Shown here in pieces: positions 1-11,929 of a DNA stretch of 64,000 bases. The position numbers and the translations under genes were made by a program. Positions within the stretch are counted from its first letter, which is position 1. Each line of letters begins with the position of its first letter. Under the pieces are notes generated by a model. It was given only the letters and a program-made list of their open reading frames with translations. It was not told the DNA's origin and searched no databases. The stretch is from Nemertoderma westbladi (lineage: Eukaryota; Animalia; Xenacoelomorpha), in assembly GCA_032718475.1 (NCBI GenBank), contig JAUCBJ010003286.1:1-64000 (forward strand). Reading direction: 5' to 3'.

Positions 1-496
1 AACCTAATCACATGAAAGTTTTTTTATATGATAGATCAAAGATGGGGCAACATAACTATCAGGCGAAATTTTGTTAAAATAATTCTGCACCGCTAGGTGG
101 CGCTGCAAATTTATACAAATTTTTAGGTTTTTTATAAATAGTATTAAATTTTATTAACAAAAAATTTCGAAAAGTTGCCTGATACTTTTATGCAGGGTGG
201 CTATCTAGACACCCACAGGAAGTTTCAGACTAATTACTCAAAAATTGTAGAAGTAGTAGGGTTTTGAAGTTGACAATTTTATGAAAAAAATATTTGGAGA
301 TAATCGACCTTTCATTATACATAGTAATAGTAATTTCAATAGGATTCCGTAAATGGAAATTTACATAACTTGAAAACGAAAAGAGCTATTAAATAGCGGT
401 TTTCAGATTTGGAAACACCATTCAATGGTGCATTACAATAGACCATAAAAAAAATTTCGACATATTTTGGACCAAAATGGTGTACCCCCCCCTTAA
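1..496. mobile_element. Possible right end of a DNA transposon ending at a TTAA site (Kolobok/piggyBac-like terminus)
   Basis: Ends ...GGTGTACCCCCCCC|TTAA at 479-496. The other end is outside the window, so TIR and TSD cannot be confirmed. Confidence 0.3.
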
Positions 497-546
497 TAGT
501 TTGATGTCATTTTACTATTGCGTAGCTTAAATAAACAAAATATTCG

Positions 547-782
547 CCCATGTGAAGAATACCAGTATTTCACTTTTCGGTCGACATTTTATTGCAATTT
601 TATATATGAAGATTTTTTATTTTTTTTAAATTTATCTTTATTAAGAGTTTTATATCGCTTATTTCTGTCTTATAATCCAGTAATCTGTACATACAGTATT
701 CTAATTCGTTTATTGTTTTGGTTAGATTCAGCCCTTCTGTAACCTGAGTTTTTGGTGAAAACCTGGTTATTCTTCACATGGG
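547..782. mobile_element. MITE with CCCATGTGAAGAATACCAG terminal inverted repeats
   Basis: TIR at 547 and its inverse ending at 782, with an extra right-TIR copy at ~817-836. A homologous copy with the same interior lies at 28763-28998 and a TIR fragment at ~59122. Confidence 0.75.
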
Positions 783-886
783 AGTAACTGCGAAGTGAAA
801 TATAACGGCAGAAAGTCTGGTATTCTTCACATAGGCCAAAATATTATTTATTACAGTACAACAGTATACAGTTGACTAATTAAAGA

Positions 887-1040
887 CCATGACTTTCTTG
901 AGACGCCCCTTAAAAGACACTGTGTCTTTGAAGTTGCGGATAATCTCGCGAAAGTAAAGGGTGATAGTTGTGGCGGCGCAATTTTACCCGGCATAGCATT
1001 CTTAATGCAGCTGTTTCCAGCATGCCGATTATGCCGATTG
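887..1040 (+). mobile_element. Diverged 3' end fragment of the RTE LINE
   Basis: CCATGACTTTCTTGAGACGC...TGCAGCTG...GCATGCCGAT matches the 3' end of the copy at 4658-6158. Confidence 0.75.
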
Positions 1041-1325
1041 AAACCTGAAAAATGTGGACAGTCCAATCACTACGAAATAGCATTGCTTTAATTTCTGATT
1101 GGTCAGACTATTATCTATGTTATATGTGCCTTTCTGCCTGTTTCCAGAGTCCAGTCCACCTTTTTCAAACACCCACACACTAGTACTTTCAATAAGAATC
1201 ATTCCAGCATTCACCTGGACCGCTGCATTCATTGCAGCATTGTAACATCTCCTCGGTATTATTGTTAGTGAAAAGATTTTTAAATAAATCTATATACATA
1301 GTAGGCCTACTATGCTTTTATCATA

Positions 1326-2384
1326 CCCCTAGACTAGCGACTTTACGAATCTGCCAAGATCTATACGGATCATGCTATGTGCTTGATTCATCTGCACTGA
1401 TCATAATACATTGTAAATCTGCTACGATCATAGAATGATCATACAAAATCTTTTAAGAATTTACATATACAAAATATTGAAAAAATATTTATTTATTGAA
1501 TGTATGGTTGCAATTTGTTAAATATCAAAACCATTTTTACATTAAACATTATAATTATTGTCTTGGAAAGTAACAACATGGCTATTATATCTGCTACGAT
1601 CAGGATAAGATCAGGCCAGATAATGAGGCTACCCAAATTTTAAAACACCAGAGGCAGAGGCCAATGATTATTATTTTTTTGCCGTATTTGACCGACCAGA
1701 GTACTCTCTTTCACAGCAATTTACATAAGATTACATATCATACGACGATCTTTTCAGATCTTATCATGATCATATCATGATAATATCAAGTTAGAAATTA
1801 TCAATCAATAATTAATTATAAATTAATAGGTATAGAAACAAAGAAATTTATAAATATACTTCAATATGAATTAGGCCCCTATTTAATATGGTGGCCAAGT
1901 AGAGTAATTATATTAATTTATATGAATCTAATATAAATTTATTGATATTAATGCAAAGTTAAATTGGCTTATCTTAAAACCAAATTGAAATTTGTTCTGC
2001 TTAAACTTATTACCACACAATAGATATACAGATAAGGACAATAGGAAATGTTAGGCAGTTAGGTGTGTAGGTGTTAGTTGTACAGTAGGATATGTATAGT
2101 AACAATCCACACTGCAAACAGAAGAATGCTTCAAATTTAATTATTGATTGAGAACTATTAAGATCTTCGCAGAACTTTGTTATATATCATTAATACTGCA
2201 AAGATCTGCACTGATCTTACTAAAACTCCAGACATAAGCCGTGGTCTTACCAATCCTGCAAAGATCTGCACTGATCGTTACCAACCCTGCTAAGATCATA
2301 GAGCAAAGGTGCCAAGATCTTACCAAGACATATAAAGATCTTATGCTAAGATTAGTGCAGATTGGTGATGTTGCAAGTCTAGGG
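1326..2384. mobile_element. MITE with CCCTAGACTWGCRAC TIRs and AGATCT-rich subterminal repeats
   Basis: CCCTAGACTAGCGAC at 1327 and GTTGCAAGTCTAGGG at 2370-2384; repeated AAGATCT/TGATCAT motifs in both arms. Confidence 0.65.
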
Positions 2385-2871
2385 ACTATGATTAGATTAT
2401 TCCTTTTTTGCATTACTAGTGTAGGGCGCGAGGTATGCCTAGGCCTAGCAGTTCAGTCTGGCACTCTGACTCTACATGTTGGGTCTTGACTCTATCTTGC
2501 GCATCTACATGATGCAGAGCGTCCCGAGCACATGAAAGTGAACTTGAGGCTATTTTTGTGCGACACTTTATGTGTGAGCATATTTGCCAGGCTGAAAATG
2601 AAGTGCAAAAGCGCAACGCGTTGTGTGCGTATTTGAAATAGTGCGCGGTAAAAGCGTGCGGAATTGAAATAAAAGTGCGCGAAATTATGTGAAAGACAAC
2701 AAAAGAAAAGTGCGCAGTAATCTTGTAGGCCTACAAAAGATCAAAAGTCGTAAAGTGCGCATACAGACAGGTGGATGACTGGATGAGGTGTAAAAAAGTT
2801 TACATGCATTCAAAGTGAGAAAAATAATTTGCCACAAAAAATTTTGCTCGCTTAGCTCGCGTTTCTTTACA

Positions 2872-3055
2872 TTTTGCACTGTCAGACACTCAGAATGAAA
2901 AAATTTCGCTCACTTTGAGTTTTGCTCGCGTTTCTTTTTCATTTTGCACTGTCTGACTGTTAGAATGAAAAAATTTCGCTCATTTTGAGTTATGCTCGCG
3001 ATTCTTTTTCATTTTGCAATGTTAATGAAAAGGTTTTGCTCGCTTCGCTCGCGTA
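2872..3055. repeat. ~70-bp tandem repeat, about 2.5 copies
   Basis: TTTTGCACTGTC...AGAATGAAAAAATTTCGCTCA...GCTCGCG recurs at ~2872, 2942 and 3012. Confidence 0.75.
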
Positions 3056-3329
3056 TGTTTATCGTTTACATTGTTAATAAAATGTGGTGTGCGCGTTTTT
3101 TCGGTGCATACATGCGCGGTAGGCTATATTGTCCAATATTGCGCGGCTGAAAAATCGTGCGCAGACGTTGTGCGCGGTTCCGTGGTGGTTTGCAGCCTGG
3201 CATTTGTGGTTAAATTGGACTATTCTGTAGACTTTTTCGACAAATTTCTCGTCAGCAGGCAGGAAACTGTATAACAGCAGTTGCACCTTCAGACTCAGTC
3301 TGTTCTAAACTGACACTTCACTTTACTTA

Positions 3330-3850
3330 TGATGCTTTTTAGCTGATATTTGGCAGATGCCTAGTCTACTACACCATATAGGCTGCATGTTTTGACGCTG
3401 AACCAGTCTGTAGTCAGGCAGTTCTTCTGTCTGCCCAGGCATTATGCGAAATGTCAGAGATTGAAAACCTACTCACATTTCGTCATTTAAAATGCTTCGT
3501 GTTTGGTGGGGGTGCTGACCAGTCTAAAGTTATCCAATCTATTGCTAGGAGGCGAAATGTCAGAAAGTGAAAAACCTTCTATGATGTCGTTATTTAAAAT
3601 GCTTTTTAGCTGATTCTTGACAGAGGTCTACTACAGAACTACACAATAGGCTGCGTGTTTGGTGGGGGTGCTGACCAGTCTAAAGTTATCCAATCTATTG
3701 CTAGGAGGCGAAATGTCAGAAAGTGAAAAACCTTCTATGATGTCGTTATTTAAAATGCTTTTTAGCTGATTCTTGGCAGAGTTATAGGCCTATTACACCA
3801 TAGGCGGTGTGTTTTGGAAGGACGCTGTCCAGTCTGCGGCTAGGCAGACT
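3330..3850. repeat. ~157-bp tandem repeat, about 3 copies (two near-identical)
   Basis: GTGTTTGGTGGGGGTGCTGACCAGTCTAAAG... at ~3499 and ~3655, with degenerate flanking copies. Confidence 0.8.
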
Positions 3851-3861
3851 ACACCAAGGTT

Positions 3862-4150
3862 CCACCTTGGTGTAGTGGTTGCATTGAATTCACATCTCCC
3901 GTAGGTCGTGGGTTCGATCCTCACATGGGCCAGGGCAGTTTTCGTTTCGGCACGAATGCTTTAAAGGGACCAGCCACGGCGCATCTCTACCTTGCATCCT
4001 TAAGTGGTAGCTAAATGAGTACTGGAGTTTCCTCTGGGGAGTAAAGTTCTGGGGGGGACCGCACTGGAAATAAGTCGTTAGTCTTTGTGCGTAATCCCTG
4101 GCCTAGTGGCCGAAGAAAATGTACTTTTTACTTTTTTTTTTACTTTACTT
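3862..4150 (+). mobile_element. tRNA-derived SINE
   Basis: Pol III box A TGGTGTAGTGG (3868), box B GGTTCGATCC (3911), core CATCCTTAAGTGGTAGCTAAATGAGTAC shared with the SINE at 45962, and a (TTTAC)n tail. Confidence 0.8.
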
Positions 4151-4657
4151 CGGGGTCATAATAAGCTAGGGCAGTACAGTAGGGGCCTGATTAAAAACAT
4201 TTTTTGGTTCCTGGTTTTCGCTTGAGTAGGCCCCTACCGGTAAAATGTAAATTTCATTAAAAAAAATCCAAGTGGTTTCATTAGAGTATCGGTAAATTGA
4301 CTAAAAAAAATTGAAATCACGAGTCCGCATGTGTGACATTCCCTAATTAGTGCTGTAGTATGACTAGTATGTAGTGTACAGATATTCCGAGTCCCTGATA
4401 ATCACTCAATCACACGTCACAGGCCGCCCACCCATACAGCCACACCCTACAGAGCCTACACCCACACTCTACTCACCTTATACTGTTAGGTTATAATTAC
4501 TGAATTATAAGAGTAGCTAGGCCTACAGGCCTATCTGTAGATCAGGTCGTTACATAGAACCGCTGAACTGGGTTTGGTCTGGCTCAGCCAGAGATGCTCA
4601 GTTATCAGTAGGCCTACCAGCGGCGACACGTAGATTTGTACGTCGTAAATACGTTAA

Positions 4658-6158
4658 AATACCTGAGTGTTTAAAGCTCATCTATCCCATCATACCGAAC
4701 CAGAACATGTACCGAACAACAAGAGTCCCACAAGAAATGAAAACAAATAAGTTGGTGCCAGTTCCCAAGAAGGGCAACCTAACACTCTATGGTTCTTTTC
4801 GGGGAATCTCATTGATCTCGATTGCTGCAAAGCTATACAATAGGATTCTATTAAATCGCATCAGGGATCCCATTAAGAGACTGCTCCGTGGAAATCAGAA
4901 TGGGTTCCGTAAAGGTCGTGGGACCATGGAGCCCATTTTGGCACTTAGAAGGATAATTGAAGAGTTATCAAAAAAGAAAGACAGGCATCTGGCTGTTATC
5001 TTTGTTGACTTCTTCAAGGCCTTTGATTCAGTCTCTCGCTCACGTATGTTCAGCATACTTTCATTATATGGGATTCCTGATGAAATTATTGCAGCAATCA
5101 GATCAGTATACGATGGTTCGACAACATTTGTGTCTACTGTTGACGGTGACACAGAACCATTTGAAGTGTTATGGGGCGTCCTCCAGGGAGACACACTTGC
5201 ACCATTCTTGTTCATAATTGTTGTTGACTATGTTCTACGCATGTCCTTAGATCATCATAATGATGATGGGGTGATGATAACTCCACCTACTGGCTCCAAA
5301 AGTCGAGGAAATCCTGCCAAGTACCTAACTGATCTAGACTTTGCTGATGACTTAGGAGTACTCTCAGAATCACTAGAGGGAGCCCAACGGCTCCTCAGCT
5401 CATTAAACATGCTGCTTCTAGTGTTGGTCTTTTTATTAACTCCAGAAAGACCAAAATTCTGACAGTTAACTTTGAAAGTCCTCAGCAAGTCTCTGATCGG
5501 ATGAGCATAAGCTCAAAGGATGGTATGCTTGAGCATGTGGACGACTTCTGTTACCTGGGATCATGGATCCGGAAGTCAGGTGAGGGAGGACCTTCGAATA
5601 CGTAAGGGAAAGGCATGGGCAGCCTTGAATAGGTTTTCCAGGATTTGGAAGTCACCGAGAATTAATCGGAAACTTAAGGTCCGATTATTTAGAGCAGCAG
5701 TAGTTCCAGTACTCCTCTACGGGAGTCCATGCTGGCCTCTAACTGCTGAGGACTCCAAATCTCTGGATGGCACATTCACAAGAATGCTACGCCGGGTTCA
5801 TTGTGTCAAGTACAATGCACACATCTCCAACCAGACACTATATAACATTGGAGGTGTCTCATTGGTTCCCCCAAGCTTGACACTAGAACAAAATCGCCTC
5901 CGCTTTGCAGGACATTGCTTTCGCCGTGAGGACCAGCCAGTGCATAATCTTGTACTTTGGCAGCCTCATGGAGTGAATAAGCATGGTGGACAGCCCATGA
6001 CTTTCTTGAGACGCATCTTAAAGGACACTGGCCTTGAAGATGCGGATGATCTAGCAAATGTCATGGGTGATAGGGAGTTGTGGCGGTGCAATTTTGTTGA
6101 CAAGCCGGCACAGCATTCTTAAAAATGCAGCTGCAATGCAGCATGCCGATACTAGTAG
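4658..6158 (+). mobile_element. 5'-truncated RTE-clade LINE, frameshifted RT
   Basis: ORFs 4707-5462 and 5520-6122 carry RT motifs (FRGISLIS, QNGFRKGR, FVDFFKAFDSV, GVLQGDTLAP, DLDFADD) and an RTE-type C-terminus (RLRFAGHCFR). Indels versus the 14323 copy at ~5406 and ~5583; (TAG)n tail. Confidence 0.92.
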
Positions 6159-6299
6159 CATATGTAAATTATTCATTAAAATCTTACAGTTAGCTAATAT
6201 TGTAAATACGCAAATACCATAAACCTTTACCGTGCAGCCATGTGTATGTTACAGCCACTGCTTGCAACTATAGCTGTATTGCTCAAGAATACAGTTTGA

Positions 6300-7536
6300 C
6301 AGTGTTGCCGTGTAATGGAGCCCTTTTGTAGTGGCTAGAAGCTGGGTAGAGACTATAATAGAACTACATATAATCAGCTCTTAAAGTAGCACACATGGAG
6401 ATCTGTGTACTCCAGATTTGAAGATAGTACTGTAAATAATAGAAGATAAATACACAAGTTAGTTAAATAGGAATGCGGCAGCCGAATGAAGAAATCTATG
6501 TTGGATGTTGATACGGTATTAGTGGTACACTATTATTGTGGTTAAAATAATAGTAGTGTAACTAAGAATGGGGGTACGCCTAAAATTACAAAATTAAGTT
6601 AAAGTTATAGTTAGTTATAGTTTAGATAGGTAGTATTGCTTGAGATATTTTGAGAAAGTCCTCTTTGTGCTTTTATTTTTTATAATCACTGGGATTGCGT
6701 TTCATATGGATGGGCCCAAGAAACTCATGGATCGTTGTGTGGAAGAAAATCTAACGAGGGGGGTATAAAAATTGAGATTAGTTGCAGCACGAGTAGCATA
6801 GCCATGTACTGTTGATGTTTTAGAAAAGAGAGGGGAGATAGGGGTTAGGAGAGATGGAGTTAGTGTGAATGTCGAACATAAACAAGGACACTTACTTGGT
6901 GCTTAAACAATAAATCAAGGGGGAGTATGTTGAGAGATTTATATAGCAGGTTGGAGGAAGCTTGGGAGTAACTGAAGGTAATACAACGTAGGAATTTATT
7001 GATTTTAATGTGTAGCGATTTTAAGGTATTTGAGTGAGTACCTCACCATAGAAGTAGTCCATAGTGTACGTATGGGTGGATTAGGGTAAAGCATAGCTGG
7101 CGCAGAATATGGAGGGGAAACATGTGCCGGACTTTATAGAAGAGTTCTGTCGTTTTTGATATTTTCTTGAGTATATACTGTATATGAGTTTTCAAGGTGA
7201 GTTTGTTGTCAACCCAGATTCCTAGTATTTTAGAATTGTTAGAGGATTTAATTGGATTATTTTGTATTGATAGTTGAGGAGATTAGTCGGGTCAGTTAGA
7301 GTATTAGAAAATATAATGTATTCCGTCGTGGTTAGCAATACGCCAATCAGCGATCTTGTCAAGTTCCTGGTTGGTAGTCGTTAGAAGGGAAAATGCATTC
7401 GATGAGGATTGGAAAAGCGTAGTATCATCAGCAAATAACATTGTGAGTAGGTTTGAAGCATTATGCAGGTCGTTAATATATAAAAGGAATAGGATGGGGG
7501 AAAGAGTAGAACCCTGAAAATCCAATGGCACCAATG
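6300..7536 (-). mobile_element. CR1/L2-group LINE, RT C-terminal part (degenerate)
   Basis: Minus-strand QGSTLSPILFLLYINDL...LFADDTTLF in ORF 7304-7573. Left boundary approximate. Confidence 0.8.
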
Positions 7537-7545
7537 GAATAAAAG

Positions 7546-8649
7546 GGAAGCAGGACAATTCGGTCCCGGACAATTCGGTCCGGACAATTCGGTCCCGGAC
7601 AATTCGGTCCCGGACAATTCGGTCCCATTAATTTTGTGTTTTGGGACCGAATTGTCCGGGACCGAATTGTCCGGGACCGAATTGTCCGGATACTGACTAG
7701 GACAATTCGGTCCCAAAACATGCATATTAATGGGACCGAATTGTCCGGGACCGAATTGTCCGGGACCGAATTGTCCGGAACCGAATTGTCCAGGACCGAA
7801 TTGTCCGGGACCAAATTTAATTGGTATTATATAATGGTGAATGTTCTAGAAACATAATATATATTATTATATGGTAGGTAGCTAGTGTTTTTTTTTACTA
7901 GCTAGTATTTTTTTAAAAATAAAAAAAAATTACTTTTTTTTGTTAGCATTATTATTTATGGTAGCTATGGTGTTTTTATGGAGCTTGTGAATTATTTACT
8001 AGCTAGTAATAGTATGTATTTAAAATGTTTATTTTTAAAACTGACATTTTTTATATACTGCGTAAGTATACTGTATGTGTTGTTGGTTGGTTAACAAGCC
8101 TAAATTATTATCCTAGATAATAGCTGGATCTCATTCAGGGACTGTTATAATATCATCAATATTTTTGGTAATTAATATAATCAGCAACAGTTTAGGCCTA
8201 ATTCTGAAATATCAATGTTTTCACAAGTGTTTTTATAATTTCAAGGAAATGCTAGCTAGTAAAAAAAAACACTAGCTACACCTTAATAAATAATATATAA
8301 TAATGTTCTCGAACACTTACCAATAACAAAAATAAAATAAAAAAATACAGTATTTTTAAATTTCAAAAAATTCTAGCAAGTAAATAACACTAGCTAGCAT
8401 AACAAATATCTCTACTAATGTTCTAGAACATTCAACAATATCAAAAAATCACTAAAACGTTGCTATCAGGAACCGGACAATTCGGTCCCGGACAATTCGG
8501 TCCTAGGACAATTCGGTCCTAGGACAATTCGGTCCCGGACAATTCGGTCCCGGACAATTCGGTCCCATTTATTTAGAGTTTTGGGACCGAATTGTCCGGG
8601 ACCGAATTGTCCGGGACCGAATTGTCCGGGACCGAATTGTCCTACATCC
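7546..8649. mobile_element. Non-autonomous MULE-type DNA transposon, 9-bp TSD
   Basis: TSD GAATAAAAG at 7537-7545 and 8650-8658. TIR GGAWGYAGGACAATTCGGTCCCGG; arrays of the 15-mer GGACAATTCGGTCCC in both orientations at both ends. Confidence 0.88.
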
Positions 8650-8694
8650 GAATAAAAGGCTTACTTCTGTACACACATATGGTAGTAAAATTCA

Positions 8695-9825
8695 GATTCC
8701 CCGTACTTAGTTCCAATTTAAGCCTCATGCGAATTTAGTTCCAATGGAAACGAATTTCGTTCCAATTTTGGCGAATTTAGTTCCAATTTAGGCGAACTTA
8801 GTTCCAATAACTAGAGAAAAACGAAAACGAATTTAGTTCCAATGCATTCGAACTTAGTTCCAATGCATGCGAACTTAGTTCCAATGCATGCGAACTTAGT
8901 TCCAATGTATGCGAACTTAGTTCCAATGGATGCGAACTTAGTTCCAATAGATGCTAATTTAGTTCCAAGGGAAGCAAATTTAGTTCCAATGTTTCAGGTG
9001 TGAGGCGAGCCACGTAGTTGGCGAAGAATCTGTTTAATGCCACTATTAGGTGGATGGTTAAATAATAATTGTAAATAACTAACCCATAACGCCCAACCTC
9101 CTAACCAAAATAATCTTATCCCAAACAACGCCCAACTTCTTAACCCAAACAATTCAATTAAATTCATTATATTTATTGTAAAAAACAACGCCCAAGCTCT
9201 CAACCCAAACTACGCCCAACCTCCTAACCCAATCAACGCCCATCCACCTAAACCGAAACAACTGGTAAATATTGTAATTGATGTGAAAATGGCACAATGT
9301 GCATGACTTGAGTATATGCTACTATACAGACTTAGTCAGTCAGTATCAGTATACTCGTGATTAATATATAATTCAAAAAGTGTAATTATACATTTATTTC
9401 ATTAATAATAATTCGTTTTTTAAAAATGACAGAAGGGTTTTACAATTATTTACAATTATTGTTCACCCGACCCACCCCAAATAGTGGCAATACGCAATAG
9501 GCTTCGCCTACAACTACGTGGCTATCCCCACGATTGAAACATTGGAACTAAGTTCGTACCCATTGGAACTAAATTCGTTTCCATTGGAACTAAATTCGCT
9601 TCCATTGGAACTAAGTTCGCATCCATTGGAACTAAATTCGCATGCACTGGAACTAAATTCGCATCCATTTGAACTAAGTTCGTTTTGATATTCTGGGATT
9701 GGAACTAAGTTCGCCTCGATTGGAACTAAGTTCGCTTTGTAAAATTTATTTTGGAACTAAATTCGTTTCAATTGGAACTAAGTTCGCATTTGAAAATGTG
9801 CGATTGGAACTAAATTCGTGCTACC
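8695..9825 (+). mobile_element. Non-autonomous DNA transposon (probably MULE-type) with CGAAYTTAGTTCCAA subterminal arrays, copy 1
   Basis: Termini GATTCCCCG...CGTGCTACC, inverted motif arrays at both ends, flanked by a 31-bp direct repeat (8664-8694 / 9826-9856). Confidence 0.85.
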
Positions 9826-9947
9826 CTTCTGTACACACATATGGTAGTAAAATTCACGACACTTAGAAAACATTGTATAAGGGTTGGTCATTAAGTGCAA
9901 CTATAAACAAAGTGCACCACCATAAAATATGATATGAGGGGTGGGAT

Positions 9948-10947
9948 GGTAGCACGAACTTAGTTCCAATCGCACATTTCCAAAGGCGAACTTAGTTCCT
10001 TCCAATTGAAACGAATTTAGTTCCAAAATAAATTTTATAAATCGAACTTAGTTCCAATCCCAGATTATCAAAACGAACTTAGTTCCAATGCATGCGAACT
10101 TAGTTCCAATGCATGCGAATTTAGTTTCAATGCATGCGAATTTAGTTCCAATGGATACGAACTTAGTTCCAATGTTACAATCGTGGGGCTAGCCACGTAG
10201 TAGGCGAAGCCTATGGCGTATTTCCACTACATCAGGTGGGTCAGGGTCAACAATAATTGCAAATAATTATAAAGCCCTTCTCATTTTTTATAAACTAATT
10301 ATTATTAATGAATTAAAAGTATAATTACACATTATGATATATTTATTAATCATGAGTATACTGATACTGACTGACTGAGTCTGTAGTAGTATATACTCAA
10401 GTCATGCACATTGTGCCATTTTCACACCAAATACAATAGCAGTTCTTTTGGTTAGGTGGATGGGCGTTGTTTGGGTTAGGAGGTTGGCCGCAGTTTGGGT
10501 TAAGAGCTTGGGCGTTGTTTTTTACTATGAATATCATTATAAATGAATAAATATAATTGAATTAAATTTAATTGTTTGGGTTAAGAAGTTGGGCGTTGTT
10601 TGGGATAAGATTGTTTTGGTTAGCAGGTTGGGCGTTGTTTGGGTTAATTATTTACAATTATTATTTACCCATCCACCTAATAGTGTCATTAAACTGATTC
10701 TTCGCCAACTACGTGGCTCGCCTCCCACCTGAAACATTGGAACTAAATTCGCTTCCATTGGAACTAAATTCGCATCCATTGGAACTAAGTTTGCATGCAT
10801 TGGAACTAAATTCGTTTTCGTTTTTCTCTAGTTATTGGAACTAAGTTCGCCTAAATTGGAACTAAATTCGCCAAAATTGGAACTAAATTCGTTTCCATTG
10901 GAACTAAATTCGCATGAGGCTTAAATTGGAACTAAGTACGGGGAATC
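9948..10947 (-). mobile_element. Same DNA transposon family, copy 2 (inverted), 8-bp TSD
   Basis: Termini GGTAGCACG...CGGGGAATC are the reverse complement of copy 1. TSD GGTGGGAT at 9940-9947 and 10948-10955. Confidence 0.88.
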
Positions 10948-10999
10948 GGTGGGATCACCATTGGGGGTAAGTCATAAATCAGAAACTATAAAAATGATG

Positions 11000-11830
11000 A
11001 TGCAGATTACACCATGCGTGATTGATTGAGGAATTCCTGGATGCGTTTGACTTTGCTTGGAAAATAAATATTACAGCGCAAGCAATTTAGAACAAAGTCC
11101 ACATTGATCATATCGGACAAAGTTAAACAGCCAGGTAAAACCTCCATATTGATCATATCGGACAGAGTTAAACAGCCGGGTAAAACCTGGGTACGGAGAG
11201 TCTTAATACTGTGCCTCGAGAAGAGTAGTGAAGTAAGTGTAGGTAACGGGAAATACTTCAACCCAGCTTCATAGGAGCAGCGTAGACTGGCATATCTGTC
11301 CTGGGATGTGGACTGAGATAAGAAGCTTGCACAAATAATAGAACTCAACATCTTGATGGACAGAAAGCTGCCCTATATGGTCCAACATGCATTAGACTAC
11401 GTAGAACCTTACGGTAGCATATATCCAATGTGTCAGCTTCAATAGATGTAAGGGATCCAAAAATGAAACAGATTCTGAAAATGATCGCTGGTAGTGCAAT
11501 TCCATTCCATAGCCGATATAGTGAGTCCAGGGATAACCATTTAAGAGTCCACCCTCTCCTGTGGAAAGTCTCGGATAGAATTGTGATGTCTTTATACATT
11601 CACTGAGCCTATCTGAAGTCTTGAGGTTAACTTTTACACCCAGGAAGGAAAGAGTGGCGCTAGGTGTGATGAGGGTCCCCTTAATATTTATGAAGCAGGG
11701 CATAGATTGGGTCTGACAACATGCACCTTGAAGATAAGACCACTTGAAGATAGATTCATGAGGTCGTAACCGCAACCCTCGTCCTGCAGATTGCAGGAAT
11801 GATTGATTGCATTCCTTGCAGGACAACATC
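11000..11830 (-). mobile_element. Degenerate LINE ORF2 C-terminal fragment (different family)
   Basis: Overlapping minus ORFs with TLSFLGVKV, SLYRLWNGIALPAI and YRKVLRSLM resemble a LINE thumb/C-terminus. Family uncertain. Confidence 0.45.
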
Positions 11831-11929
11831 GATTCCAGTTTTAGATTGATAAGCTACTTGAGATAAAGGAATGGGTTTTATAGGAAAGTCGTAATTTGTA
11901 GATGTGTTAGTGTTTAAATGGAGTAAGTT

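Noticed and set aside
3862-3935. tRNA gene (also 45962-46040)
   Set aside because: Boxes A and B are present, but there is no convincing cloverleaf and a SINE core and tail follow; the second has a TSD.
7381-7857. ORFs with PDNSV/GTELS repeats; CRISPR-like periodicity at 7.5-11 kb
   Set aside because: Subterminal arrays of TSD-flanked DNA transposons; no unique spacers or cas genes, and the context is eukaryotic.
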